Origin: Eledone cirrhosa
Taxonomy: Eukaryota
Direction of reading: 5' to 3'
Assembly: GCA_964016885.1 (NCBI GenBank)
Contig: CAXHJY010001071.1
Span: 1 to 64,000 of the forward strand
Length of the DNA stretch: 64,000 nt
The stretch's first letter is position 1. Every line of letters begins with the position of its first letter. A program made the position numbers and the translations under genes. Below, one piece after another: positions 12,337 to 27,210 of the stretch. The notes beneath the pieces were generated by a model. It did no database searches. It worked only from the letters and a program-made list of their open reading frames with translations, and had not been told where the DNA came from.

Positions 12337-12369
<33 letters not shown>

Positions 12370-12431
12370 TACACATATGCACACATGAATTCTTCGAACT
12401 CCAATAAAATGCATATATATACATACAGATG

Positions 12432-12546
<115 letters not shown>

Positions 12547-12735
12547 GAGAGAGAGAGAGAGAGGGAGAGAGAGAGAGAGGGAGAGAGAGAGAGAGAAATG
12601 TATACATACATATACCAGCACACACATTATATATATATATATATATAAGTTCAAAGTGTTAAGATATTCTCAGGTAAGCTGGACAACGGATCTTCATAGA
12701 CAACACTCCCTCAAGCAAGTTTCTCGAACTTTACC

Positions 12736-12812
<77 letters not shown>

Positions 12813-13340
12813 GAGAGAAGAAACATTTAGTCGAGGAATTTAGGAACAGTTTAGGTATGATACATTTTATTACTAATTATATCTAAATGTTTCTTCTCTC
12901 TTCATAATGTATTTTTAACTCTGATACTGGTTCAGTCTGGTTCAAACTGAATTGGTCTGTCCCAGTCATTCATTGAGCAACATCGGTGAAGTTGGCACCC
13001 TTAACTCACAGTTGGGTGCGGATGCATTCATGTATATATGTGTGTGTCCGCATGTATTCGTGTGTTTCTAAATATATTAATAACTCCCTCTGGTCGAGCA
13101 ATCTTTGAAGTGTGGGGACAACTGGAAAGCTTCCATTACTCATACTTCTCGCCTTCTTCACTACCTCTTCTACGGCCTCGATATGAATACCCCCTCCGCC
13201 TCCGTGGTATTTTCTTCGTGGTTATAAGAGGCTTAGCTCTGTTTCTCGACCGTTATATCGCGTGACTATCTCCCCCTCCGCCTTTTGGGATTCTTTCTCA
13301 CGTCGTGTAGACGCGTTCTTGAGACTAGTAAAATGAGGTA

Positions 13341-13428
13341 TCCTCTTGATAAGTCGGCAGACCTCGCAAGGACTCTATATCTTTGATATATTGTTTTTGT
13401 TTATGCCACGAAACTACGTAGTCGAGGA
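13341..13428 (+). ncRNA. Type I HHR, U3:A8 core, 57-nt stem II domain
   Basis: TCCTC-TTGATAA-GTcGGCA...TGCCAC-GAA-ACTACGTAGT-C-GAGGA. Confidence 0.78.
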
Positions 13429-13932
13429 ATTTAGGAACAGTTTAGGTATGATACATTTTATTACTAATTATATCTAAATGTTTCTTCTCTCTTCATAATG
13501 TATTTTTAACTCTGATACTGGTTCAGTCTGGTTCAAACTGAATTGGTCTGTCCCAGTCATTCATTGAGCAACATCGGTTAAGTTGGCACCCTTAACTCAC
13601 AGTTGGGTGCGGATGCATTCATGTATATATGTGTGTGTCCGCATGTATCTGTGTGTTTCTAAATATATTAATAACTACCTCTGGTCGAGCAATCTTTGAA
13701 GTGTGGGGACAACTGGAAAGCTTCCATTACTCATACTTCTCGCCTTCTTCACTACCTCCTCTACGGCCTCGATATGAATACCCCCCTCCGCCTCCGTGGT
13801 ATTTTCTTCGTGGTTATAAGAGGCTTAGCTCTGTTTCTCGACCGTTATATCGCGTGACTATCTCCCCCTCCGCCTTTTGGGATTCTTTCTCACGTCGTGT
13901 AGACGCGTTCTTGAGACTAGTAAAATGAGGTA

Positions 13933-14020
13933 TCCTCTTGATAAGTCGGCAGACCTCGCAATGACTCTATATCTTTGATATATTGTTTTTGTTTATGCCA
14001 CGAAACTACGTAGTCGAGGA
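13933..14020 (+). ncRNA. Type I HHR, U3:A8 core (second copy)
   Basis: Same motif as 13341-13428 with intact stems. Confidence 0.78.
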
Positions 14021-14254
14021 ATTTAGGAACAGTTTAGGTATGATACATTTTATTACTAATTATATCTAAATGTTTCTTCTCTCTTCATAATGTATTTTTA
14101 ACTCTGATACTGGTTCAGTCTGGTTCAAACTGAATTGGTCTGTCCCAGTCATTCATTGAGCAACATCGGTGAAGTTGGCACCCTTAACTCACAGTTGGGT
14201 GCGGATGCATTCATGTATATATGTGTGTGTCCGCATGTATCTGTGTGTTTCTAA

Positions 14255-14945
<691 letters not shown>

Positions 14946-15471
14946 TATATACATATACATACATACATATACATAGATACACACCCACATACGCACATAC
15001 ACAGACACACAGACACATATACAGGGTGTCCCCCCAAAATGTACACATACATGCTGTTGAAGTGTGGATACATTTCTCGAGACACACCCTCTCACACACA
15101 CTCTCTCTCTCTAAATTGATTTTTTTAGTTTCAGATCATCCTGTTAAGGGTGAAAGCAGCGATTATTTGCTTAAACTTTAATCTTTTATTTTAATAAATA
15201 TCTGGTCTTATATACTTGATATATTTTTATCCTTATCGAGCATTCTTTGGATTTTAGGCTTCACATTTATTATTATTACTAAATAAATAAATATATATAT
15301 ATATATATATAATCTCTGATGATATGGGATCGATTGTGCATTGGATATCGAATGCTCTACTAAATATATAATATTATAGATGTAGCGAGATCTAGGCAAA
15401 TTGATGTCTATTGAAACGTACGTAAGAACCGAATAAATCTCTTTTACTGCATCTTTCTGTTCTTTTTAATT

Positions 15472-15536
<65 letters not shown>

Positions 15537-15883
15537 ATCAATGTGAATAATAATTCATTCAAGTAAAGACGTGGAGTCTTTTTTTTTATTGGAGATCGAA
15601 GAATTCATAAGCAATCAGGCTGAGGGGGTCAATATAATCACTAGCTCATGTTATCAACCAAATGTATTGCCTTGTTTGCAAACAGGGAGCCTGACTATAA
15701 ATCGATTGCTGAGTTTCACAGCGACATCATTCTATTGTGTATCACATTTGTTTTCTGGGAAGATTGCTATTTTAATTAAGTGTCGATATATTGTATTATT
15801 GTTGATACAATCATTACTTAGAAGATAGTCATGATAATGAATATACATTTTTCTCTCTCTCCTTCTCCCTTACACACTCTCTT

Positions 15884-16111
<228 letters not shown>

Positions 16112-16138
16112 TATATATGAACATAATAATTTCTAGTA

Positions 16139-16327
16139 TAGACAAAAGGCCAGTAATTTTGGGGGATTTGAAAGTGGTTAAATCGACCCCAGTACGTTAC
16201 TGGTACTTTATTTTATCGACCCCGTAACGATGAAAGGCAAAGTGAACCTCGGCGGGATTTGAACTCAGAGCGTAAAGGGCCGTAACTCTAAGCTGCAAAG
16301 CATTGTATCCGACAATATACCGATAGC
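16139..16327 (-). mobile_element. tRNA-derived SINE
   Basis: Reverse complement of the SINE body and B-box (ggatttgaactc). Confidence 0.82.
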
Positions 16328-16563
16328 ACATTGCTAGAGTAACGTTTAAAACAACTGAATGTTTTGAAAGACAGCGAAGGGTGAAAATGCCTTACAGGAC
16401 AGGGAACAGTGACCACTGGTCAACAGGCAGAGAATCCACACAGGGGGCGACAGGCAGAGGAAATATAGAAACTATTGAATGAGGAGGTTTTCAAGGAGAA
16501 GTATATTGGCGAACAGAAGTGACTGGAAGACGGAAATAAAGATGTTCAAGTACATATAAATTT

Positions 16564-16599
<36 letters not shown>

Positions 16600-16895
16600 A
16601 CGCATGCGCAGAGACGAAGACAAAAATAAATAAATAAATAAACAGATAAAGTAAAAATGGCGTAGACATACAATACAACAGGAGGAAACATAATGGTACC
16701 ACTGATGATGTTGCAGATGTGCAACGAAAGAACTTCTTAGATTATATAAATGTATTTATATCTGTATTTTTTACCGTTGGTAAGTTAGTGATAAACATTG
16801 ATGGCCAAATGAATTAACTATGGAGATATAAAAGATACAGAAGCGAAAACCAACCAAACAGTGAGTGTGTTCCGTTATTATTTCCGGCAATATTC
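16600..16895 (+). mobile_element. PLE 3' UTR/pLTR fragment with HHR-like core (16698-16740)
   Basis: Matches ~51160-51500. CTGATGA-t-GTTGCA-gatg-TGCAAC-GAAA is present; stem I is not clearly intact. Confidence 0.72.
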
Positions 16896-17300
16896 CAGAC
16901 GCGCCTATCACGTCATTCATTCTTCTTTAGATTATCTTCCCTAGTAGGGCTGCACCAATGACTGAAAATGACCGACGGTGATCCATTTCTTTATATGCCT
17001 TATATATGTGTTAAGAATTTCCAAAGAAAAGGCAAAGAAAAGTCTCTAAGTATAATACAGAGCTATTTAACAGAGCGTCAAGTTCGCTTATCGGAGGAAA
17101 TATTTATCTTTCATCTGATGAGTCAACTAGACGAATGTTAATATTGTCGAGGGTCCTGATACTTTTGGTAATGGAGTAGTTATATTGTGTTGCTACTTCA
17201 TAATTAAATAATAAGCCTTATATATTAAAAACGATGCTGTTGAGTAACCAACAAACCTGTTTCTGCTAAAAGCCTTCCATTTTTAGTAACATAAAATAAT

Positions 17301-17485
17301 TGTTTCTACTTTAGACACAAGGCCAGCAATTACCCAGTGCATTACTGGTACTTTATTTTATCGACCCCGTAAGGATGAAAGGCAAAGTCAACCTCGGCGG
17401 GATTTGAACTTAGATCTTAAAGGGACGTAACTATGCTGGAAAGCATGGCGTCCGATCCTCTACCGATACTGCCAATCCACCGCCC
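17301..17485 (-). mobile_element. Full-length tRNA-derived SINE with TSD
   Basis: A and B boxes on the minus strand; tagtaacataa..ataat on both sides. Confidence 0.87.
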
Positions 17486-18563
17486 TAGTAACATAACATA
17501 ATATTTAAAAATTTGTTAAGAAAAAGAAAACAAACGACTTTGCATAAACTCGTCCTTTTAGAGGACGTCTTGAAAACGATGATTGATTTCTTTTACTATA
17601 AAACTTATCGATGGTCTCGCTAGCCTGACTAGCGCTTCCTCAATAATAAATCACTTCGTTCTTTTCCAATCCCCCACACAAAAAAAAAAAATCTCTAGTA
17701 GAATTTTCCTTTCGAACATATATGTGTATTTCAGAATGTACTCTAATGTCTGTTCCTGCAATATTAAATAGATTTATAAACTATTGTTCCGTCAATAATT
17801 GCAGGTGTTTTTTTTTTAAAAATAAAAACTATTTTCAATTCCATATTCATCATTGTTTAAAAGCACAGTTGTCGTCATCGTCGACATCGTCATCATCACC
17901 ATCACCATCATCATCATCATCATCTTTTTATTTAAATTATTTTCTGTCTGGTAAATTCTTTATATTTAACATTATATATACACGTACACATATATGTATA
18001 CACCCACACACATATATAATATATGATTATATATATATAATATTATATGATTATATATATATATATATATATTATATATGTATATATATTTCATTTAATG
18101 GTCTCTTCTTTTTTTTCTTTTGTAAAGACTTTGTATTAAACCAATATATGAAGGCTGTTATCGAAGTTACAATTATTCTTTCTTCTTTTCATTCTTGTTT
18201 TTCTCTCTTCAAGATTGTTTCAGTATCAATACATACATACATTCAATCATGCATATATCTACACATACACAGACGTATAAATACATACATTTATATATAT
18301 ATATAGTAATAATAATAAATTTGAAGACTAAAATACAAAGAGGTTCACCGCTCCTATTAATGACGTATTATATTCGTTTTTTCCCGTTCTTTGCCAGGGA
18401 ACGTTTACACGAACCAAAGTATTGTCTTCCTGTCTTCCTCCAGTTGCAACGTTTTTTGAAATATCCACTTCTGCGTTTACAGATTGACTTTGTTAGTTTC
18501 AGAAGATCCCGTTAAGGGTGAAAGCAGCTATTCTTTGCTTAAACTTTAATCTGTTATTTTAAT

Positions 18564-18654
<91 letters not shown>

Positions 18655-18874
18655 TATTTGTATGTATTTATACATTTATATTTATATATATATACATATA
18701 TACATATAAATATATATATATATATACATATAAATTTATAAATACATACAAATATATATATATGTCAAGGGCGGTGCCCCAGCATGGCCTCAGCCGGATG
18801 GCTGAAACAGGTAAAAGAGTAAAAGAGTATATGTATTTATATATATATACATATAAATATATAAATACATACAA

Positions 18875-18929
<55 letters not shown>

Positions 18930-18948
18930 AATATATAAATACATACAA

Positions 18949-18994
<46 letters not shown>

Positions 18995-19027
18995 TTGTAT
19001 GTATTTATATATTTGTATGTATTTATA

Positions 19028-19081
<54 letters not shown>

Positions 19082-19333
19082 TATGTCTGTATGTGTAGGT
19101 ATGGGAGTGTATGTATGAGTGTTTGTATATTGAAATTGCAAACAACTCAATCTTCCGCGTAATTTACTTCGTCTAACAGCATTATGTTGTCATTCTAAAC
19201 AGTATCGTGCAGGTTAGTAGTATATTTCGCATTGAAACCAGTCACTCTTATATAATTTTTGCGACTATGTTTCCTTTGCACACCGGGTATGTATAGTGAT
19301 GTCAGGAAATCCTTTTTTTTTTAATAATTCAAT

Positions 19334-19525
19334 TTTTGTTTCTGCTTTTGGCCCAAGGCCTGCAATTAACCAGTACATTACTGGTACTTTATTTTATCGA
19401 CCCCGTAAGGATGAACGGCAAAGTTAACCTCGGCGGGATTTGAACTCAGAATGGCAAGGGCCGTAACTCTATGCGTCAAAGCATGGCGTCCGACCCTCTA
19501 CCGATACTGCCAATCCACCGCCCAT
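19334..19525 (-). mobile_element. Full-length tRNA-derived SINE with 14-bp TSD
   Basis: tttaataattcaat on both sides. Confidence 0.87.
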
Positions 19526-21107
19526 TTTAATAATTCAATAATGCTGTAAAAGTCTATATGCCATATTTCCATGGAAATATATCTTTTGAAGTAAGGGACA
19601 AAACTCTCACCCATAAACTATCATTCTTATTTTCTGAAGTTTTACAACTTCTAAATAACCTAGACCTATTCTTCTTCCAATAAAATCTTCGTGTATATGC
19701 ACTTATATACACCTTCCTTAAACATAAACTGTATATTTTAAAGTAAAGGAAAAATCTCTAACCCATACAGCTATCATATTCTTCCTTCATTTTTACAACT
19801 TCCAAATAAACTAGAGCTATGCTTACTCCAAGACATCGTCTTGTATATTCACGATTGTACAGTCTTTAAATATAAAGAAGTATTAAATCACTCCTGAGGA
19901 AGAAATTATCCCCTTACTTTGTATCCGGAATCATTGTATATTCTTCATGATAACATTTATATATATATATGGAGTTCACATTCTTTTTCTTTTTTCTTCT
20001 TACATTATCCCCTTTGGACCTGTTTGTAGATATGTAGTCGTGTGTTTTCTAGTTTATTCAGTTGTTGAGTGAAACTATTAGAAAAGGCGTACCATTAAAG
20101 CTGTCAACAAGGCTTTAGCGTATGAAAATAAAATCTAATAATGTTTTTTTTCTCTGCAATCAGCGTTTATGTCTACATATATTAATTTTGGATTTCCAAT
20201 ATTTGACGAATCTGCATCCGCTCAAAGAAGAAATTGTAATCAGTACATATGTATGCAATTTTTGTTTTTGCTGTTCTTCACAGATTTCATGTTGAGAACT
20301 AATTTAACGAGGAATTCTACCACATTTGGAAGCTCTAGAAAACATTTGAAGGAAACTTAGCTGCTACTACAGAATGATAAAACCATTTGAGGGTCCAGTG
20401 CTTGCTTGTCCCCAAAGGGGTTTGGGGTTTGGGAGTAAAGAATGTCTGTGGCATATCTAAATAATTAGTCATTAATCTATGATAAATCTATGATGTTTTT
20501 ATTATTTATCCGTATTAGTTACAATTGAGTGGATTTAATCGATGTTCTCCTCCACTAAATGTGTTGGCCTTGCTGTCTAAATCAGAAACCGTTACTCATC
20601 TGTATGGTCGTAATATCAAGATCTCATATAACAAGCTGTGACACAGACACATAATTTGCTATTACTTTGGTTATTTTAATTTTTTTCTTTGATTAAAAAT
20701 ATTCTTTTTTTCCACAGGTTTTCTGAATCACGTTTCAATCAAATAACATCTAAAGATAGTTCTAGAAAATATAAGATATATTAATATAATTAATTATCTT
20801 TCAGTCCACTGGAAATAATCAGAAGTTATCTCAGCTGACTAATTGCTTTTTATTCTCTTATTGGAGAGTAGAAGCCAGTTTGATAGCAGCCATTACAGCG
20901 ACTTGAGTAAACAAAGAGGTAATTCGTATATGAAGATCTGCCTCAAGCTATCGAAACTAATATCAATCAGATTCATTCCGTGATTAGTTTTGATTAAACA
21001 AAATATGTGAAAAATATTTTCAGATTCCTTTGAATCACGTGAGTCGTACGTTTTCTTCTTTTTTTCTGGATCAAGCGAACCAGGGATGGGATTTTGTATA
21101 TAATAAT

Positions 21108-21287
21108 TATTTCTAGTTTTAGCACAAGACCAGCAATTACACAGTGCATTACTGGTACTTTATTTTATCGAGCCCCTAAGGATGAAAGGCAAAGTTAACC
21201 TCGACGGGATTTGAACTCAGACCGGGTCGTAACTATGCTGGAAAGCATGGCATCCGACCGTCTACCTTTACTGCCAATCCACCGTCG
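21108..21287 (-). mobile_element. tRNA-derived SINE with 15-bp TSD
   Basis: tttgtatataataat at 21093-21107 and 21288-21302. Confidence 0.87.
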
Positions 21288-22046
21288 TTTGTATATAATA
21301 ATGACAGCATAGACACCCAAAACTCTCAGTAAACCAATGTTATATGCTATCATATCTTAATTGATTTTATATTAAATTTTTTCAATGTTTTCTTTGTTTC
21401 TCATTCTTTTTTTATGTCTGTAATGTATATATGTCTAGCCATATCGAATATAAAAAATATATCTAATTGAATAAAAGCAGGGAAAATGAAAATGGAAGCG
21501 GCCATTAGATTCAGCCGAATGGGTCAAGATGTACACTGTTCTTTGCAGTGTTGATAATTATCTGCCGGTGGCAACAACTAAAATCAACAACGTATAATAG
21601 AATAATCTGTTTTTCGAATCGTTAAGCAAAAGGAAGCATGAGCATTTTAACGAAACATCAATGTTGTTTAACTATGAAAAATAGTCTTACGGCATATAGA
21701 CCCTGAATAATGTACAGAATTTCCTCCATATTCAGGAATGTATATGCCTTACGTATAAGACGATTTGTCATAGTCAAACAAGGTTGATGTTTCTTTTAAA
21801 TTCTCTAACGTTTAATAATAAAATATTTTATTCAAGACCAACATGTACCAGTGTGTTCGAAAACGAACATACTCCACGATGGCCGAGATTCATACATTCC
21901 TAACATCTAGGCAAGTCAAATATATGCCTGTATGGAAAACTAAACTACTTCTATATCATTTGTTTAAAAAAAAACGAAATATTTACGCAAAAGGTGAATA
22001 AGAATCTATAAACTACATACATTTTCCTTCATTATTTCTATAAGTG

Positions 22047-22260
22047 GAAGCACGTGACCTAGTGGTAAGGGTGTTGGTCTTTCAATCATAATGTCGTGCA
22101 TTCGTTTCTTGGACTGGGTTGTCTAATTTTGTGTTATTGCGCAAAACACTTCACTTTACGTTGTTCGAATATAATCAGTTAAAAATGCATACTAGTATAG
22201 CTTGCTGGGATTGAACCTAGGGATGTACTGACGTCCTGCCTAAGAGAATGCTTGTAACAG
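22047..22260 (+). mobile_element. Older copy of a second tRNA-derived SINE family
   Basis: ggaagcacgtg...agggtgttgg...gcaaaacactt shared with 23575-23850. Confidence 0.6.
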
Positions 22261-22600
22261 AGAGACTTTACTCCTATGGGAATTATATAAACTCTCAATT
22301 ATACAACAGACATTTAGTAATATTTAAATAGATATACGATAATAAATCGGTAGAATTTATTTGTGTTAGGTACGTTAGACATTATCTCATGATAAACGAG
22401 TAGGTATTTTTAAACGAATAAATGAAATAAACAATTTAACTTGAGTTTAAAGTTAATTGTATAAATCGTTAAATCCAATAAGAACATTATTAGATCTTGC
22501 GCTAATGTTTAAAATGATTTCGATTAAAAGAACGAAGTACGGGCTAACTTAAGTAAATTCGGTTTTCAGATTGGAAATGTCACCAATTTAATAATAACGC

Positions 22601-22631
<31 letters not shown>

Positions 22632-22667
22632 CTCACACAAAAATGCTTACACATACACACACGTAGG

Positions 22668-22713
<46 letters not shown>

Positions 22714-23574
22714 ATTACATACATACATACACATATGACACAGTGTAAAGTTCGTTTAGAAAGTTAATGGAAATCCACCAATTAAGGTAAAGTTAGAAAT
22801 GCATGTGAAGAGAATGGCTGACTTTTGTTTACACAATACACGTTTCCTCTGCTATATCAACAGGAAATGTGGACTAGCAGCAGTAGCTACTACAACCGCA
22901 GGCTTTAGAAGTAGACGCTACTACAGTAGAAGAATTCACTATAATCAAGTCATGTTCTCAATTGTTTAACTCGAATCTAACTTGGAATTACATCAACAGC
23001 AACAATTGTTTAGTTGAATGTACATAAATCAATCTGGCAGCCATTTGGTCCCTTACTGCTGGGATATACATTATTAACGTAACACATATTATACATGTAT
23101 AAATCTATATAAACACACATAGATATTTGTACATAACTACATGTATATATAGGAAATGAAAGGGTCGAAAGTGAAAGAATACACAGACATGTACACCAGG
23201 TCCGAACACAGAGGAACCAAACTCCCACTATCATCGCTTCTGTCCCTCCCTCCTTCCTAATCTCTCAATATTATGAGCAAATCGGATCCCGCGCGCTGAC
23301 CGCCCCATGGTGGACAGAATAAAGAAGGCGTTTCTCCGGAGTATGGTAAGGGTGATGTGCTGGAAGGGCCAATCAAGCTCGTGAGGTTCACACTGCAACT
23401 AGACAGGTCTGCGCCGATGATGGTGAGTAGGGTAGTGGCTCTATGGCCAAGGACAACAGAAGCCCCCATTTTCCATAGGCTTAAATCTGTACAAGACCCG
23501 AGAAACTGTTTTCTTGCAGTTGTTCGTATACATCGTGGCTCATCAGAAGGTGGCTATAATACTCAACGGACTAT

Positions 23575-23850
23575 GGAAGCACGTGGCTAGGGTGTTGGAC
23601 TTATGACCATAACAGTTGTGGGTTCAATTCCTAGATTGGGTTGTGTGTTGTGTTCTCGAGCAAAACACTTAATTTCATGTTGCTCCGGTATACTCAGCTG
23701 AAAATGAGTACCACCAACAGCTGGGAGTTTAACCCTGCAATGGTCTAGCGTCATGTCCGGGGGTGAGTATTGTACTCTCAGCCTCTTAACGCCATGGAAA
23801 CCGGGATAAGCACCGGCCTCATGAGCTTGCGGCTTGAAACAGACTTTAGA
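23575..23850 (+). mobile_element. Second tRNA-derived SINE family (conserved central domain, Meta/MESC-like)
   Basis: B-box GGTTCAATTCC, then gagcaaaacactt...aaatgagtacc...aaccctgcaatgg...ggaaaccgggataagc. Confidence 0.65.
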
Positions 23851-24229
23851 TTTAGAAGACTAAATGCCTCAAGGCAATTCTGAAATTGTGTGTGACATTC
23901 AGAAAGCAAATCAAGCTGCAATTTGTATATTACGTCTTTAGTCTCGTTATTTTGTTTATCATTATCTCGTCTTGTCTATAATTACAGGGGGATTCCTTCG
24001 GACGCAATGCATATATTTAGGGCATGTTGGGTATTTAAACCTAATTAATCCCATAATTCTTCATATTTGTAGAAACAGCTGATTTCTTCCGCAAGAATGG
24101 TGAATGAAAACGTATACTTATATACATTATTTTCTATAAATGATTAAATAATTCATATATATCCGCATATAAACACACGCACACACACATATATATAAAT
24201 ATATATACATATATATGTATGTGTAATTC

Positions 24230-24336
<107 letters not shown>

Positions 24337-24355
24337 CTCTCTCTCTCTCACTCTG

Positions 24356-24392
<37 letters not shown>

Positions 24393-24666
24393 GCAATCGC
24401 TCAGTATAATCATCTCTTGACTATAACTGAAATTCTATAAGAATCCAGCTTCTATAATTTTCGGCGAAAGCGGGGATTGCGTGGCTCTGATGATCGCCAA
24501 CAGCGTGAAGCAGACTTAGCTTCTCTCCCTTCTTTCGACGAAAAGAAGTAAGTGACATAGTCACTACTTTAAAACCGATAGCGTATGGTCTTCAAAATGT
24601 GTTTGATTAAACATAGGTTATATTGCCAAATATACTATACATACATTCATATATATAATATTATTA

Positions 24667-24702
<36 letters not shown>

Positions 24703-25907
24703 GGACCTTTCACAATCCAATTTAATTTATTGAATTCAACATTTTCACATATCGTTATCCCTCTTTTATTTTCACTTTGAACCTCCATCTCATCTCCTGA
24801 AACTACTTCCTTTCTCGAGTTTATACTAACCTTTAATCAAATATGATTAAACGAATTACTTCCCTTTAGCTAAATCTCTCATCTAATTAAGAATTTCGAA
24901 TATAACAGTACATTCCAACTTTCCTATTCGGTCAATGATCTTCAAAGTATAAAAATCAATTTAATGTTACATATTTTCTGTTATACAGTAATTAATTTAA
25001 CATTATTAAATTATTAAACCTCAAAGTTAGTCCTTATACACTAAAACACGTTTATATACATCAACATTCATTAATATGCACTAACATACATCGGAACTAA
25101 TAATCTTTCATTTCAATTCTTAAAATAACTTTTCTACTCTCGTATCACAATATATTAAGTTTTTTCATATTTTCTATGTTTTATTCATGGTTTTATGCAT
25201 AATTAAATAATTTAACAAGCCTAAATTATATATCAGTTCTCTCCGACGTAATTATAGTTAACTCAATGCTAACTACCAATGCGTTCATTTCTATAGAGGC
25301 AATGACTTTTCTTCAGCTCTTTTCATTCGATTCTCTTTTATGGATTACTCCTTATTTCACACATATTAATCTAATTTAATTTATATTTATATTCTCTCCC
25401 CATATCTAGAATGTAATCTATGTTACCTTCATATCCGCTATGTACAGGAATCGGTTTTTGATATATTGGATATATTTTTATATCATTTGATTGTTCAACA
25501 GTAGCATGGTTGTGATACATATGAGAGTGAGAGGGAGGGAAAGGGAGGGAGGGAGGGAGAGAGAGGGAGTAAGAAAGCGATGAAGAAGGAAGGAGAGAAT
25601 TAGAGAAGAACAAAGAGAGTGAGAGAGAGAGAAATTAAGATAAGAGGGAGAGAGATAGAGAGAGAGGCAGAGAGAGTGAGAAAGAGCGAGGCAGAGAGAG
25701 TGAGAGAGAGTATGAGATAAAAACGAAAGAGATAACAAGAGAAGGAAAGAAAGTAAGGAAGTAACAGAGGCAGAGAGGGGGGAAGGAGATCGGATGAGAG
25801 GGAGATGAAAAGAAAGAGGGAGTTTGAAAGAGAGACAAAGGGAGAGAGAGAGAGAAAGAGAAAGAAAGAGAGAGAGAGAGCGAGAGATGGACAACGTCAT
25901 GATTAGA

Positions 25908-26765
25908 TCAATCACTGCATATTAGCTAACCTACTGATTAGCCAGATTTGCATATCAGCAGATATGCTATTCGAATATGGTTATTTGAATATGGCAAAGC
26001 CGGCCATTAATCGCTCGTATACATGAAACTGAACAGTGGCACTGCTGATATGCAAATCTGACTGATCAGACAGTCTGCTAATATGCATATCAGGCCGATC
26101 AGTCACTGTATACTTCAGAATATATCCTATTTTCACTAACTCTGACAGTTGACAGGTAAGCAGTATACGGTACTGATGAAGGGTACTCACCCAGAAATAT
26201 TAGTACCTGCCGTTGTGTTTATATGCCAACAAAAGAGTCAGAATGACGCGGTCATTCTACTGAGATGGCTTTTTAAAGAGGCTGTTTGTATAATTGTAAA
26301 CTAATCGAATATTATTATCAATATTCGAAAAACACAGATTACATATATTGTAGTCAGCCATGTAGACCGATAAAACTATTTGTTTCTTATTTGAATATCT
26401 CGCAAATGAAATTGACTGGCCTAAACTGACTGGCCTAACTGTTGATATGCAAATCTGGCTGATCAGTGGGCCTACTAATATGCAGGTCAGACTGATCAGG
26501 TAGTCTGCAAATCTGCAAATCAGGTCGATCAGTCACTGTATATTTCAGAAAATATCATATATTTTTACTAGTTCTGACAGTTGGCAGGTAAGCAGGATAC
26601 GGTACTGATGAAGGGTAATCATGCAGAAACATTAATGTCTACCGTTCTGCTTATATGCCAACACAAGTGGAAGAATGATGTAGTCATTCAACGTACATGG
26701 CTGTTTCCATAATTGCAAACAAATCGAATATTATTATTAATATTCGAAAAGCTCGGAATACAAAT
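25908..26765 (+). mobile_element. ORF-less ~432-bp tandem with HHRs and a 5' inversion
   Basis: CTGATGA at 26173 and 26605 in homologous context. 25910-25962 is an inverted copy of the unit start. Confidence 0.75.
26599..26645 (+). ncRNA. Type I HHR, canonical core
   Basis: ACGGTA-CTGATGA-agggtaatcatgca-GAA-ACATTAATGT-C-TACCGT. Stem II is damaged here but intact (GGGT/ACCC) in the 26167-26213 copy. Confidence 0.75.
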
Positions 26766-26990
26766 ATATATATATATGCATATTACATACGTGCAGTGTA
26801 ATGCTAATGTATAATATTTAGAGCATATTTATGTGTGTATATAGGTAGATAGGTATCTGCATAAGAAGAGGGATGGTAGGAGAGATACTCTCTCTCTCTC
26901 TCTTGCTCTAGCTCTCTCACTTTCTCTCTTTTTCTCTCTTTCTCTCTCTCCATATTATATTATATCATATTATATTTTGTTGTATATACC

Positions 26991-27021
<31 letters not shown>

Positions 27022-27024
<3 letters not shown>

Positions 27025-27147
27025 AAAAAGTATGACCCCGACGGCAGAGCTCAAGCCGTTTCGATGGCTATTTCTGGACTACTACCCTAAGTATTGAGTA
27101 CTCTGGTGCGTTATGGTCCATCTGGTTCCTTACCACAATTACTTCGT

Positions 27148-27150
<3 letters not shown>
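27022..27150. mobile_element. Short inverted pLTR remnant of the 53480-55700 family
   Basis: Inverted HHR stem III segment joined to the forward tail ...ccttaccacaattacttcgttat; in (TA)n. Confidence 0.75.

Positions 27151-27210
<60 letters not shown>

Larger units (their letters stand above)
6411..12340 (-). mobile_element. Near-full-length Penelope-like element (Naiad-like), copy 1
   Basis: Direct repeats (pLTRs) ~6411-7277 and ~11192-12078, plus an inverted partial pLTR 12113-12340. Encodes RT and a C-terminal GIY-YIG. Inserted in (TA)n. Confidence 0.93.

Noticed and set aside
17116-17155. CTGATGA-GTC-aacta-GAC-GAAT HHR-like motif
   Set aside because: Stem II is good but GAAA, stem III and stem I are broken; at best a decayed relic. 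The same applies to 15316, 24486 and 32914.
20700-20925. Possible host exon after tttttttccacag
   Set aside because: A splice-acceptor-like string alone; no open frame or recognisable protein.
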